Positions 1 through 10,688 of a stretch of DNA of 64,000 bases are shown here, in pieces; within the stretch, counting starts at the first letter, position 1; the number at the start of each line of letters is the position of its first letter. Source of the stretch: Neoconidiobolus thromboides FSU 785 (Eukaryota > Fungi > Entomophthoromycota); contig MU626335.1 of NCBI GenBank assembly GCA_025603075.1, forward strand, positions 28,116 to 92,115, given 5' to 3'. The notes under the pieces were generated by a model. The model saw only the letters and a list, made by a program, of their open reading frames with translations. It was not told the origin of the DNA and ran no database searches. Made by a program: the position numbers and the translations under genes.

Positions 1-39
1 ATATAAACGCTGATCTTTCAAATAACTTTCTTAAAAAAA

Positions 40-909
40 ATGGATTTGTATTTTTTATTTAATAGTGATGAAGAAAATTTGTGTCTCTCGCCTTATGTAT
101 GGCGGATACAGATGGCATTAAAACATAAGGTAAACACGATTTTTATATAATATTGTTTTTTTTAAACTTTTTTAATAGGGTCTTGATTTTAATGAAGTAA
201 AATTAAACTTTAGACAACTTAATAAGACCATTTTGGAATTAACGTAATATTTATAATAATGTATTTTTAAATCTCATAATTTTTAGTGATGGTAAATGGA
301 AGCAAGTTCCAGCCTTAAAGTTTGAAGATGGATCAGTGTATTATAATAGTAGAGATATTGCAATAGAGCTTGAAAAAAGGTTTCCAGAAAACCCAAAATT
401 ATTTCCAAATGGTTCAAAACTTGCCGAATTTTTAGAAAAGTACATTGAAGCTAATATTGATATAATTGGTGGGCTATGTATAGAAGCAGAGAGGGACGTC
501 TTACTAAAGGAAGATCAAGACTTACAGAAAGACTTATTTGACATTGGAATAAAAATGTTTTCACGTCCTATAGAAGGGCTTTATGTGGATTTTGAAAGGT
601 TGTTAAAACCACTTATCCTTATGTTAAAGGATACCCCTTTTTTTGAAGGCACAGAACGTAAGTGATGATTATCATTTTAGTAAATTTGTTTTTACTGTTT
701 TTAATTTAGCTACATACTCTGATTACATCGTCTTTTCCCTATTACAATCTATTAGAGTGCTTACACCTGTACACTTTGAAGTATGTGTTCAAAACATTGA
801 AGACAAAACCTTGATTAACTGGTTCGAGAAATTGTCTAACCTTTTTGATGGATATGCTAAAGCATTTCCTATTAACTTAAAACATGGCCCATATGCTTTA
901 AAAAATTAA
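40..909 (+). CDS. Glutathione S-transferase (etherase-like/GSTFuA-type), 4 exons
   Basis: Manual splicing with GT-AG introns 130-178, 244-286 and 658-709 gives MDLYFLFNSDEENLCLSPYVWRIQMALKHKGLDFNEV...QVPALKFEDGSVYYNSRDIAIELEKRFPENPKLFP...PFFEGTEPTYSDYIVFSLLQSIR...WFEKL. These match GST N-domain (SPxxWR, VP, S.DI) and C-domain (PTYxDY) motifs. Joins track ORFs 336-665 and 643-909. Confidence 0.85.
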
Positions 910-1367
910 AACGTATTTTTAAATATTTATTACCTTAAAGGATTTTGTTACTTGAACTTATATTTTAAAAAACTTTCTAAAGGTTGAAAATACTCTATTA
1001 ATCTAATTTAAAAATCTGATTAGTAAAAGTAGAATACAAGCAGAATATTATATTTTATTGCTGCTATATCTTAATAATTATTTGAAGTATTGTTTTAAAC
1101 TACTAAATTTGGTTAATTTTAATCATCAGTTGATATCCATTAAACTAGATTTTTTTAAAAAGGATTAATGAAAATAATCAAAGCAATCAAAATGAAATGG
1201 TAAAGTTTTACAAGAAATATAATAATATCTCAATGTATCTCAATTAGTTCATTAAAAAAGAGTAAATAACAATAAAACGATATAAAAGTAATGAATTTAT
1301 CGAAAAAAAGCTACTTAAAAAGTTGAGAATAATATAATTCATTTTATTAATATTATCATTCTAAAAT

Positions 1368-2387
1368 ATGATCAAATACACAAGTATTATTTTATTAGTA
1401 GTAGCATCCGTTTTATCAACCCCAGTTCATACTTCTTTTAATAAGACAGAGGCTGAAAATGAAAAGCAGACCATTGATACTAAAAAGCAATATATAGTAT
1501 TAAATTTTATTAATTCGTCAAAAGGTTCTGCAAATTCAACCTTAAACCAAAATAATAACAACATTGATCAAAATAAAAGTGTATCTGCATCCAAAGGGGA
1601 ACAATCAGTTTTAGGTATAAGCCAGATTTCTTCTAACCCAAACTCTACAAGCACAAATTCTTCTTCAATAGTAGCTGAAGTAAATAGTTCAAAGCCTAAT
1701 GGAAATAACAACCCTAATTCAAGTAGCATGAATCCAACAACACAAGCAATCGATATTAATCAATCTACTTCAAACATTCAACAATCAAATAACGCCTCTT
1801 CGAATTTAAATTCTACGGCAATTGACAATAGTACTCCAAATACGATGATAACCCAAAATCAAAATTCTAACCCTAATACCATATCTACATCTACCTCTGA
1901 ATCTGAATCTGAATCTGAATCTGATACAAAAGGCAAAGTGTATAAATTTAACACTCCATTTGTTAATATGGAAATTAGTTTCGATCCTCAAAACAACCGT
2001 GGGATGATAATGTTAGAGCCTATTTCTGAATCTTCATCAACAAATAATTTTGTAAAGGAAGCTTCTAGTCCAAATTTTTCTAGTATTGTTGATACTTCAT
2101 CAACATCTTCCGAAAATGATATCACAAATAACTCTCCTATCTCAAATTCAGAAGGTGCTTTATTTTCTCAAAATGGGAATACCATGCTAAGTGAAGCTGC
2201 AGGAGCAGGTGCTAGTATTGGTGCTTCTAAAGGGCCTAATTCAAGTTTATACAGTGGTAATGGATATAACGCAATTTCTGGGCCCAGTGGATCCATTGTT
2301 TATTCAACTAATTATGGGTCTTCTTATGGACAAGCAGAATATAACTCTAATACAAATGCAATGGCTCAATCCTCTTTTAATAACTAA
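1368..2387 (+). CDS. Secreted Ser/Asn/Thr-rich low-complexity protein (339 aa)
   Basis: Uninterrupted ORF with a hydrophobic signal-peptide-like N-terminus (MIKYTSIILLVVASVLSTP). Mostly S/N/T/Q low complexity, with one non-repetitive island (KGKVYKFNTPFVNMEISFDPQNNRGMIMLEPI). Confidence 0.75.
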   Translation: MIKYTSIILLVVASVLSTPVHTSFNKTEAENEKQTIDTKKQYIVLNFINSSKGSANSTLNQNNNNIDQNKSVSASKGEQSVLGISQISSNPNSTSTNSSSIVAEVNSSKPNGNNNPNSSSMNPTTQAIDINQSTSNIQQSNNASSNLNSTAIDNSTPNTMITQNQNSNPNTISTSTSESESESESDTKGKVYKFNTPFVNMEISFDPQNNRGMIMLEPISESSSTNNFVKEASSPNFSSIVDTSSTSSENDITNNSPISNSEGALFSQNGNTMLSEAAGAGASIGASKGPNSSLYSGNGYNAISGPSGSIVYSTNYGSSYGQAEYNSNTNAMAQSSFNN

Positions 2388-2579
2388 ATTCAACTATTAA
2401 CCTGAATTTTAGAATCCAAGTTTAGAATATTGTTAACTCATTTCTATTAATAAATTAAACTACAATGTAAAATTTTAGGCTATGATTTTAATTATATATA
2501 ATTAACTGCCACTATTTGTCTATTATAAATTAGCTATCAGACTAAAAAAATATTAGATAGCTTATTAGAAAAACGAAAT

Positions 2580-3245
2580 TTAATTTAAGAAAGGACTAGA
2601 CATAAAGGTATCATATAACTTTAGGGTAAGGCTAAAATAATATTGTTGAGTATAAGTAAGCTGATGCTTTTTGAGATATATATCAAAGCTGTTTAGCATT
2701 TTAGTAATATGTGTTAAGTAGACTGGATTCTTAGTACGATCCTTTGGTTTTAATAAGGTGTTACTTAAAGCTACTAATAAAATTAGCAGAGAAAGATTAT
2801 AAACCGAAGTGGCTCGGTTTTGTTTTAAAAATTCAATATCGTGGTTACTAACTTTTTGAGGATATTTGACATCTTTGATTTGATCAAATAAACATAATAA
2901 ATTTATCTCATACAAGCTAAATGAATAAAGCGGTATGTCCGATTCAATAGCCTCTAATGGTATATTGGAACTAACGACATGGCTGAAATCAATCAGGTTA
3001 TGGTTACGTTCATACGTACTTAAAGTTTGTTTATGTATGGTAGGTAGCTTAAGTTTATTGGGATTAGGATGATTAATAGGCTTTATGATATAATTCCAAG
3101 GTAATTTGATACACAGAGGTGGCTTTGTTGAAGTTGGAGAGCAGGAAGGTTGTTCACTTGATCCTTGAAATTCATTTTGAGATGGAAACGAAAAGAGGTT
3201 GGTTTTTACGCTTGAAATATCCCAAGTTTTAAAATCAAAACTCAT
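2580..3245 (-). CDS. Hypothetical protein, paralog of 19443-19997 ('KQNR/LKP/YLxHI' family)
   Basis: 221-aa ORF. Its C-terminal half aligns with 19443-19997: FLKQNRATSVYNLSLLILL...LKPKDRTKNPVYLTHI vs YFKQNRHQPIYNFILLKLL...LKPEHATKSILYLNHI. Confidence 0.7.
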   Translation of the reverse strand: MSFDFKTWDISSVKTNLFSFPSQNEFQGSSEQPSCSPTSTKPPLCIKLPWNYIIKPINHPNPNKLKLPTIHKQTLSTYERNHNLIDFSHVVSSNIPLEAIESDIPLYSFSLYEINLLCLFDQIKDVKYPQKVSNHDIEFLKQNRATSVYNLSLLILLVALSNTLLKPKDRTKNPVYLTHITKMLNSFDIYLKKHQLTYTQQYYFSLTLKLYDTFMSSPFLN

Positions 3246-3498
3246 TCTTATATGTTATAAATAAAATGAAGATTTCTCTCGGTTTATATATTGTATTATA
3301 ATAGTTAAAACAATTAAATATACCAAAAACACTTATTTAATAGTTTTATAATAACATCAAATAAGCTTAGTCACCTAATATTCATTTTATTGGCATAACC
3401 ATAAAATCCCATTAACCTGGAACAATGGGGAATATAAATAACTTTATTTTATTACAAATTAAAATAACAAAGTTCGTTTTCTAAAGTAAAGAACATAT

Positions 3499-3595
3499 GG
3501 GGATGTATTTTTGTATTTAAGAATTTTACTGACAATTTTTCCACATAAATAGTGCATAAAAATGGAAAAATAATGAAACCAAAAAAAACAGCCTC
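3499..3595 (+). mobile_element. MITE family 1 copy
   Basis: GGGGATGTATTTTT ... AAAAAAACAGCCTC imperfect terminal inverted repeats, ATAT on both flanks, shared core AAGAATTTTACT...TAGTGC.TAAAA.ATGGAAAAA. Confidence 0.8.
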
Positions 3596-3660
3596 ATATA
3601 GCAACTAGAATCTTATTTTAGATATAAATATAGAAAATATTCAGTTTACGTATTAAAAAT

Positions 3661-3732
3661 AGCATCTTGGCGCAGAGGAAGCGCGCGGGGCTCATAACCC
3701 CGAGGTCGAAGGATCGAAACCTTCAGATGCTA
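3661..3732 (+). tRNA. trnM: tRNA-iMet(CAT), eukaryotic initiator
   Basis: Cloverleaf starting AGCATCT, anticodon arm GGGG-CTCATAA-CCCC, initiator-type T-loop GGATCGAAACC, A1:T72 pair, and a T-run just downstream. Confidence 0.95.
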
Positions 3733-4026
3733 TTAAAGTTTTTGGTCAATTTTAAAAGCTGATAAAAAGGCCTTTATACATTCTCTCATATATTTGTTTG
3801 CTTTTCATCCTATAGACTTACTATAAATAAAACATTATATGCTTCACGTCCTTAAACTAAAAAAGCTATTAGAAAGTACTTTTTTTGAGATGAAACTCAA
3901 TTTATTCTGGAAATATTAATTGTATTAAAAGATTAGAATAAATATTTTCTTAGGATGTTATTATTTTTGAGTTATCGTTTTATATATCAATTATACGTTA
4001 TTTCAATATATGTGGATGTTTTTTAC

Positions 4027-4265
4027 TATTACTCTTTTTGCTATTTTTTAAAAATTTAGAAAGTGATTGACTAATGCGGCTGTTTAAACTTGAATGTGCA
4101 TTGGTAAAGGATAAATTTTATAACTAATTATTTGTTGCGTTCTAGTGATTCAGTCCTTACTGATTGTGTTTTTATTTTAAAATGAACAGTTAGCTAGTAC
4201 CTACCCAAGCTTGAAAAGAGTACTAGTTAATTAATTTCTTAATTTAGAAATATCAAAGAATAATT
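4027..4265. mobile_element. MITE family 2 copy (degenerate)
   Basis: Co-linear similarity with 32283-32520 (e.g. AATTTTATAAC.A..TATTTGTT, A.TTAGCTAGTA.CTA, TACT.GTTAATTAATTT) and long imperfect inverted ends. Confidence 0.55.
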
Positions 4266-4289
4266 AGTAGAACATCATTTGAAAGTTAA

Positions 4290-5743
4290 TAATAAAATAG
4301 TAAAAAAATCTATTTTGTTGAAAATTTAAGTCTATTGTATAAACATATGCGTTTATAAACCAAGAAATACGAATCCTTTAAATAACTAACGTTGTAATTA
4401 ACTCAAATAGAAAGTTGGTTAAAGCTATTATTTATGAATTGTTTTGAGATTGAGTAAATAACTTAGATAACTTTAAGGCCTTTAACTTTGTATAAGAGTT
4501 TAAAATGCAACTTAAAATATCATTCATTTCCTTACCATATAAACTAATCTCAAAGGTTTTTAAGTTTAATTTACTCTTCTATGCTTGCGATGAATTAATT
4601 ACTGAATATAAGATAAACGGACATTGCTTTAATTCTAAAATTTCTAATAGCGGATAACAATGATATGTACAATTTATAAACTTCTATCCAATTATAAAAT
4701 TACATATACCTAAAAGTACATGATTGATCTTTTCCTTTGTACAAAGTTCATCTAATAAGAATATGTAAGAGCTTAAATCAGCCTTAAGCTTTGACAACTT
4801 TAAACTTGTTAATTTCGGGAAATAAAGAATACTGTTAGCAGTCCTCAAAGTCAACTTGAAGCAATTTTTTAATTCAAAAACCCTCAATTCATGGAATAAG
4901 GACAGTTCTATGAGATGCCTATCTAAAACTACCCAATTTATTTTAATAAACCTTGCCCTACAAATCCCTTCAAACTTCAGATTTCCTATACTGGCCAAAT
5001 TTAATCCAATTCAATTAAAGATGGAAAAGAGTTGAAATTAATTGTAATTCTTTCTTCGAACATTGACAAGTTTAATCTTATGAGTTAAGGAAAACAGTAA
5101 CCCATAAACAGCTCTCTATCTTTTTTCATTGTAAAGCAACTAGTTATACCGAGGTATTTTAATTGGGTTATTCTATCGAACAAAGCCTTTGAACATTTTA
5201 CTCCATTCCTAATGCTCATAAGGGATAATGATGATAACCCTTTTGGGAATAATTACATTAATATAGGCAAAACATAACTCTCTATAAAATTTAACTCTAA
5301 ATGCTTTATATTGTTACTCAAAGCCGCTAGCTTGTGATAAAATTCTCCCAAATACTCGTTGTCATCACATCCGATATAAAAAGATATACCATTTGGGGAG
5401 AACCCTACCTCTTTTTTAATTTTTTGAAAATTATACTCGTTAGTCCCATATGCTCTCAGATCCGAACAACATCTTTTAGTGAATTTGTGGTTATTACTTT
5501 CTATATTTAGGTATCTAATTAAATGGCCATTTTTCTTTAAATTTTGTTTTTTTTTGCTGAAGCAGTGCTTCTTGTAAATTTTGTAGTTTCCCAGAAACAT
5601 AGTAGTAATGATTGATACCAACTCTTACACGCAGTTAAAACTTTGATTTTATATTTTAAATTTAAATATAGTAATGTTTGTTTGAGGGCATATTGTGGTA
5701 AACAATGGAACTTTAGCTGATAGTTCTGGTTTGATTTGGACAT
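4290..5743 (-). pseudogene. Degenerate F-box/LRR gene
   Basis: F-box-like start (FHCLPQYALKQTLLYLNLKYKIKVLTACKSWYQ), then LRR-like fragments (IKHLELN, LRVFELKNC, PKLTSLKLS) split across ORFs 5537-5743, 5253-5621 and 4684-4998 by frameshifts and stops. The 3' end is approximate. Confidence 0.7.
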
Positions 5744-6395
5744 GAATGTATTTTAAATACTGGATAAAATAGAGATCAATAAAAGTGATATAAATATCAA
5801 TTTTTTTAAACTGTTTTTTGAACACTTTTATTTATATACTATTTTCAATAGGTTCGTTATTTGTTTTTCCTTAGTGATTCCAACATAATATCTCATTTAC
5901 CTTATTCACCTCTTGTATTTTCACTCCAAGGCCTTTTTTATTGGCTATAGTATATTGAATAAATGAACTTTCGAAACAAAAGTAGTTTATAGTTATAATA
6001 TAGAGGATCAAACTTTAACTATGTCTTAATGTATAAAAAAGAATTCAACTTTTCTAGAATAGCATGTATGTGCTTCTTTAAATCAAATATTCTTAAATCA
6101 TTATTAGGTAAGCCCATCCTATAACAATTTAAAATTAGGTTGGGGTAGTAACAATTGATCAAATTCTTTGACATCATATGTCAAGTAAAAAACTTGACAG
6201 TTTAAAAATAAGTTTAAAAATAAAAATAACTACCAAAAATTTAAACATGTGTGGATAAAATGGTAGATTTTTAAAGTCTTTCATGGATCAAATCTCACTA
6301 AAGATTATTAATTAGAAATATTTACAGTTAATAAAGCTTTAATATAATATGTTATGTTGAATTTTAAATAACTTTTATTTTAAGCGTTAGTACAA

Positions 6396-6830
6396 TTATT
6401 CTTCGGATTCTTGATCTTTTAACAAAAACTTAATAGATAACGGGTTTACTTTTAGTTTGTTAGTTGTATTGTTCGTGCTATTATTAGTTTCGTTATTACT
6501 TGTTGTGCTTATATCTTCTTCCACATTAATTAAATTAGTTTCATTTGTAAATTCTTGTCTAGTTGGCGAAGTTGAGCTATAAGTAGCATACATAGTATTC
6601 CATTCAAAATTGAATTGCCGTGTATATTCCCCAGAGGAGTCCTCTCTTAGTCTCTTCCTCGTCAGGCTAAACCACTTCCTTACATGTTTTTCATACAATT
6701 TAGCGTCCATAGCTATCTGCTTAATGATTTCACTACATGGCTTCGGGTCGATTTTGAAATAGGATGTTAACACGTATTTTTGATACATAGTGATTAGCAA
6801 AGCTTCTTTCTCTTTATTTTGCTTGACCAT
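6396..6830 (-). CDS. Atypical homeodomain protein (helix 3 WFSLTR, Asn51 replaced by Leu)
   Basis: QKYVLTSYFKIDPKPCSEIIKQIAMDAKLYEKHVRKWFSLTRKR follows homeodomain helix spacing. C-terminal PLSIKFLL motif. Confidence 0.8.
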   Translation of the reverse strand: MVKQNKEKEALLITMYQKYVLTSYFKIDPKPCSEIIKQIAMDAKLYEKHVRKWFSLTRKRLREDSSGEYTRQFNFEWNTMYATYSSTSPTRQEFTNETNLINVEEDISTTSNNETNNSTNNTTNKLKVNPLSIKFLLKDQESEE

Positions 6831-7866
6831 GGCTCATGTTCTTTTGAAATTAAATAAATATCTCCAGTTTATAATCGGATCAAAACTTTAAATACTTTTG
6901 AAAACTTCTTTCATATGATTTATTTATAAGCTTCTCTTTTTGGACTTCTGCCTTATGATCTGTTGAACAATGAATCATCAAATTATTGCTGTTATACAAA
7001 GTCACATGTTAAATATTATGACTCAGATCTTTCATATTGTGTAATATTGCCTTAAAAAAGTGCCATATATGGTATACGACTGTTTGGTAATCTCAGGTTA
7101 TTACTTGGCTTTGTCTTTCCAATCAGATATTGGGCAAGAAGGTTCCATTTTATCTATTTGATCTTTATTCTCAAGCTATTTTTGTTTGTAAAATTAAAAT
7201 TTTAGTCATGGACTTGAATTTTGAAAAAAAGTGGTCATAAAAAATTTTAATGATTAATATTATCTATATATAAGAATTTTAATTTTACTTTACTATTAAA
7301 GAATGTGAATGCAAACATTTAAACTTAGTATAATGTTAGAACGCTTACTTAATATGATATTATCTTTTATACTGTTAATTGTATTTTGAATAGTTTATTT
7401 TTAAGGTAGTCACATAATATTTTAATTCTAATAAAGAATGGAAATATTACTTAAGGTGTACAAATTTAAATAATAATAATAATGTTCAATTATAATAAAA
7501 TAATAATAAAATAATAATAAAATGAATCATTTAGTCATAGGATTTATTGGATTATAAAAATAATGTTGAAATTTAGCTTTAAAATATTCAGATGTATATT
7601 TCTTATTTATTTTAAAAATGGTTTATAAATAGAATTTCTTTAAACTGTAAAATTACCATATATTAGAGCTGAAAAATAATAAGAAAGTATTATAAATAGA
7701 GAAAATCAGTATTTAGGTAATTGATTAAAAATAGCAGAAATGATAGAAACACGGAACTATAGATAATATATAAATCATCAACTTTTAATAGTTATATATA
7801 ATTATTTTGATTAAAATAGATTCAAATTAATAATGTGTTAGAGTGAAAAAACAAGCTAAAATTTTT

Positions 7867-8031
7867 GTCAGTGCAGCTCTTATAATTTTATGAACCAGTT
7901 GATTACTCAAAAGAAAAATCATATTAAAACTCTGTTATCATATTCAACCAGACTTCAAAAAAATTGCGTATAAATAGATTAACTACAAAAATCATCCTTA
8001 AAAAAGTTGAAAAAGAGTTATAGCAGCTATA
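7867..8031 (-). mobile_element. MITE-like family 3 copy
   Basis: Reverse complement TATAGCTGCTATAACTCT...GATGATTTTT...GAAGTC...GTTCATAAAA aligns with 31871-32020. Confidence 0.45.
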
Positions 8032-8319
8032 AAAAGATCCTACAGAAAAGATTTAGAACTGAAAGTATTCATTGAAATGCTATGAATCTTATTATATTGT
8101 TTAAAGAATCATAGGCTGTAAGAAATTTTATTTTCCAAAGCCGTTTATGAATTTTTTTTGGAATTTTAAATATGATTTGAATTATTCAATTAATGCTATA
8201 CTTTAACACAGTCATAAATACTCTTTGTAAGTTATTCATACACTACTATATTTCATAAAATAGAAAATTTAAAAATAAATAATAAATATATTTTTTTGCT
8301 CCAAGTAGTAAGCTTAGGA

Positions 8320-8391
8320 TCTCGGGTAGTATAGTGGTGAGTATCCCCGCCTGTCACGCGGGAGACCGGGGTTCAATTCCCCGCTCGAGAG
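8320..8391 (+). tRNA. trnD: tRNA-Asp(GTC)
   Basis: Acceptor stem TCTCGGG/CTCGAGA, D-arm GTATAGTGGTGAGTAT, anticodon arm CCCGC-CTGTCAC-GCGGG, T-arm CGGGG-TTCAATT-CCCCG. Confidence 0.95.
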
Positions 8392-10364
8392 TAGCATTTT
8401 TACAAAAATTAATAATTTGATGGATATACTAAAGTGTAACCTAATGATCTGAAGTACATCAATATTCTTCTTTTAAATAAAATGTGATTTGTTGATGAAA
8501 GAGCCATCAAATAAATTGACATTCGAAAAGTAAAGTATTGCACAATTTAATATTGAGGTTTGTTTTATAGTGAAATGGAAAGTCAATGGGGGGACGCTTT
8601 GTCCATCCCTTTAAGGTCAGATGTTAAAGAACTGTGGCCAAAATTTCAAGCATAAAGTATATACATACTTTAGTATTAATGAAATAGCAGTAAGTCAACA
8701 AAGCTTTTGGTTCATACCAAAAACTGATTTTGACATTATAGTAATCGTATATAGTCCTTATGGTAAGGATCTTTTTCTAAATATTAGTTAAATAGATATA
8801 TTTATCCTAAAGTGATATTTATATTATGTATTTGTTTGAAAATAAAACTACTACTTTTGCTCATTTCTTTACTTGCTTTATATAAATACTACATAAATTT
8901 GAGACTACAGATTACTTGTATAACTCATTTATGTTTTATTTGAAATTAAATTATCATATTTAGTAAATAGTAATGTTGATTGAAGATTGCTTGAAATGTG
9001 GTTCGGTTTTTGATTTGATTTACACTATGGAGCTGCATGTATATCTATAACATAATAAATATAATTTATTTTAAGAACCTACAACAACAGAATCATAGCT
9101 CTTATTGTCTCATTACAACTAAGTAGCAATAAAATTTATGCCTATACTAAGTAACTAGATTTAAAATAAATTAAGAGCACTTTGAAATAAGTTATTACTA
9201 ATAGCAAGCGATAGCTATAATAATTTATTGAATTTCCAACTTTCATTTAAATCTTGATCACCTGGGATATGATTTAACCTATTTATTATAATTTATGTTT
9301 TTACTTTAAACATCCTGCATAGTAACATAGGTTTTACTGTGTTTATGCAGATTATTTAAATTCATAAGATCAGATTGAGATGATGCTATTTAAATCCTTT
9401 CTTTTGTTTACTGTTGTCTCATGTAGTATAATTTAATAAAAAGGCTCGGATTAATATTAATAGACTATTTTTAAAGTTAGCTATTCAACTAACTTTACTC
9501 ATATAATAAAATTTATTACCTGTGTAAAAAAAGTTCAGAAAGAAATGAACAAAAACATAAATATAGGATTATGTTAAAATTTGAAGATTTTAATTTTGCC
9601 TAATAAGAATAGATATTTTATAAGTCATACTTGAAATAAATAAAAGATGACTTTCGCATCTCAAACCCCGAATGTTGAATAAAATTGGTAATTTGTAGTG
9701 CTCGATAGCATTCTTCAGCTGAATTCTTAAATGACTTTGTTAATATTTAATGTTATTATGGCTCACGTGTATTTTAATTACTTTGTATATTTGATTGAAC
9801 CGAGAATTATATATTTTAAAATATAAATTTATTCTATAAATCGGATGGTTATTTAATCGAACATTTCCCACATGGATCTTTATCTTATTATTTTTACCAC
9901 TTGTTAACATCATTTGGATTTTCAACTTTGATAATTTGGATCTCTATAACGTATCAGTTATTTTTAGGTTCATTTTTTATTGATTTTTAATCTCATTAAT
10001 AATTTTAAGGTGCTTTTTAATCCGACCCCCTTTAAAGCTTTTTGTTCCCTGGCTTAAACTATGTCTTATTTATTCAACATGGCATCAACTATCCATGTGT
10101 AGCTAGGATGAAATAATTATTCATTCTCTAATTCCTCTGTAATTGTTTTATTTCTTTATTATATAAAAAGATAAATTAAATATTAAACAAGATCATTTGA
10201 CCTTCAATTTTGAATTAATACATCAATTGTGCCACTATTTAGGAAGAAATTCACCGTCAGCTGATAGAAAGAGGAAAAACTGGTTTTAAAATAAAAGAAT
10301 ATATAAACAGATTAATAGTAAAATAAAAATTTAACATCATCTTAAGGAGTTGGATTATAAAAAA

Positions 10365-10688
10365 ATGTATGTGTATAGAAGTAGAATTCAACTAAACCCA
10401 AAACAAAACTACGTGTTGAGCTCCTACTATTTAATCGATCCAAGGCCATGTCGGGAACTAGTGGACCAAATAGCTTTGGATGCTGGCTTGCCAGTCAAAA
10501 CGGTGCGTACCTGGTTCACAAATAAACGTGGTAGAACCAAGAAGTCTCTACAAGGTAAAGGTAGTCAAACATCAAGTGGTAGCACAACCCCTTGTGACCT
10601 TAAAGAATCATACACTCAGTCTGATGTAAATATTGTGGGAAAGCATCGCTCAAGTAACATGCTTAGCCTTCATAACATCTTAAATTAA
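10365..10688 (+). CDS. Homeodomain protein (WFTNKR), non-TALE
   Basis: RSRIQLNPKQNYVLSSYYLIDPRPCRELVDQIALDAGLPVKTVRTWFTNKRGRTKK has R5, L16, P26, W48, F49, N51 and R53. First ATG at 10365 (the track starts at a TTG). C-terminus MLSLHNILN. Confidence 0.9.
   Translation: MYVYRSRIQLNPKQNYVLSSYYLIDPRPCRELVDQIALDAGLPVKTVRTWFTNKRGRTKKSLQGKGSQTSSGSTTPCDLKESYTQSDVNIVGKHRSSNMLSLHNILN

Noticed and set aside
6396-10688. Classical HD1/HD2 mating-type locus
   Set aside because: Both homeodomains are non-TALE and closely related to each other, with no long N-terminal dimerisation domains. Kept only as a weaker hypothesis in the findings.
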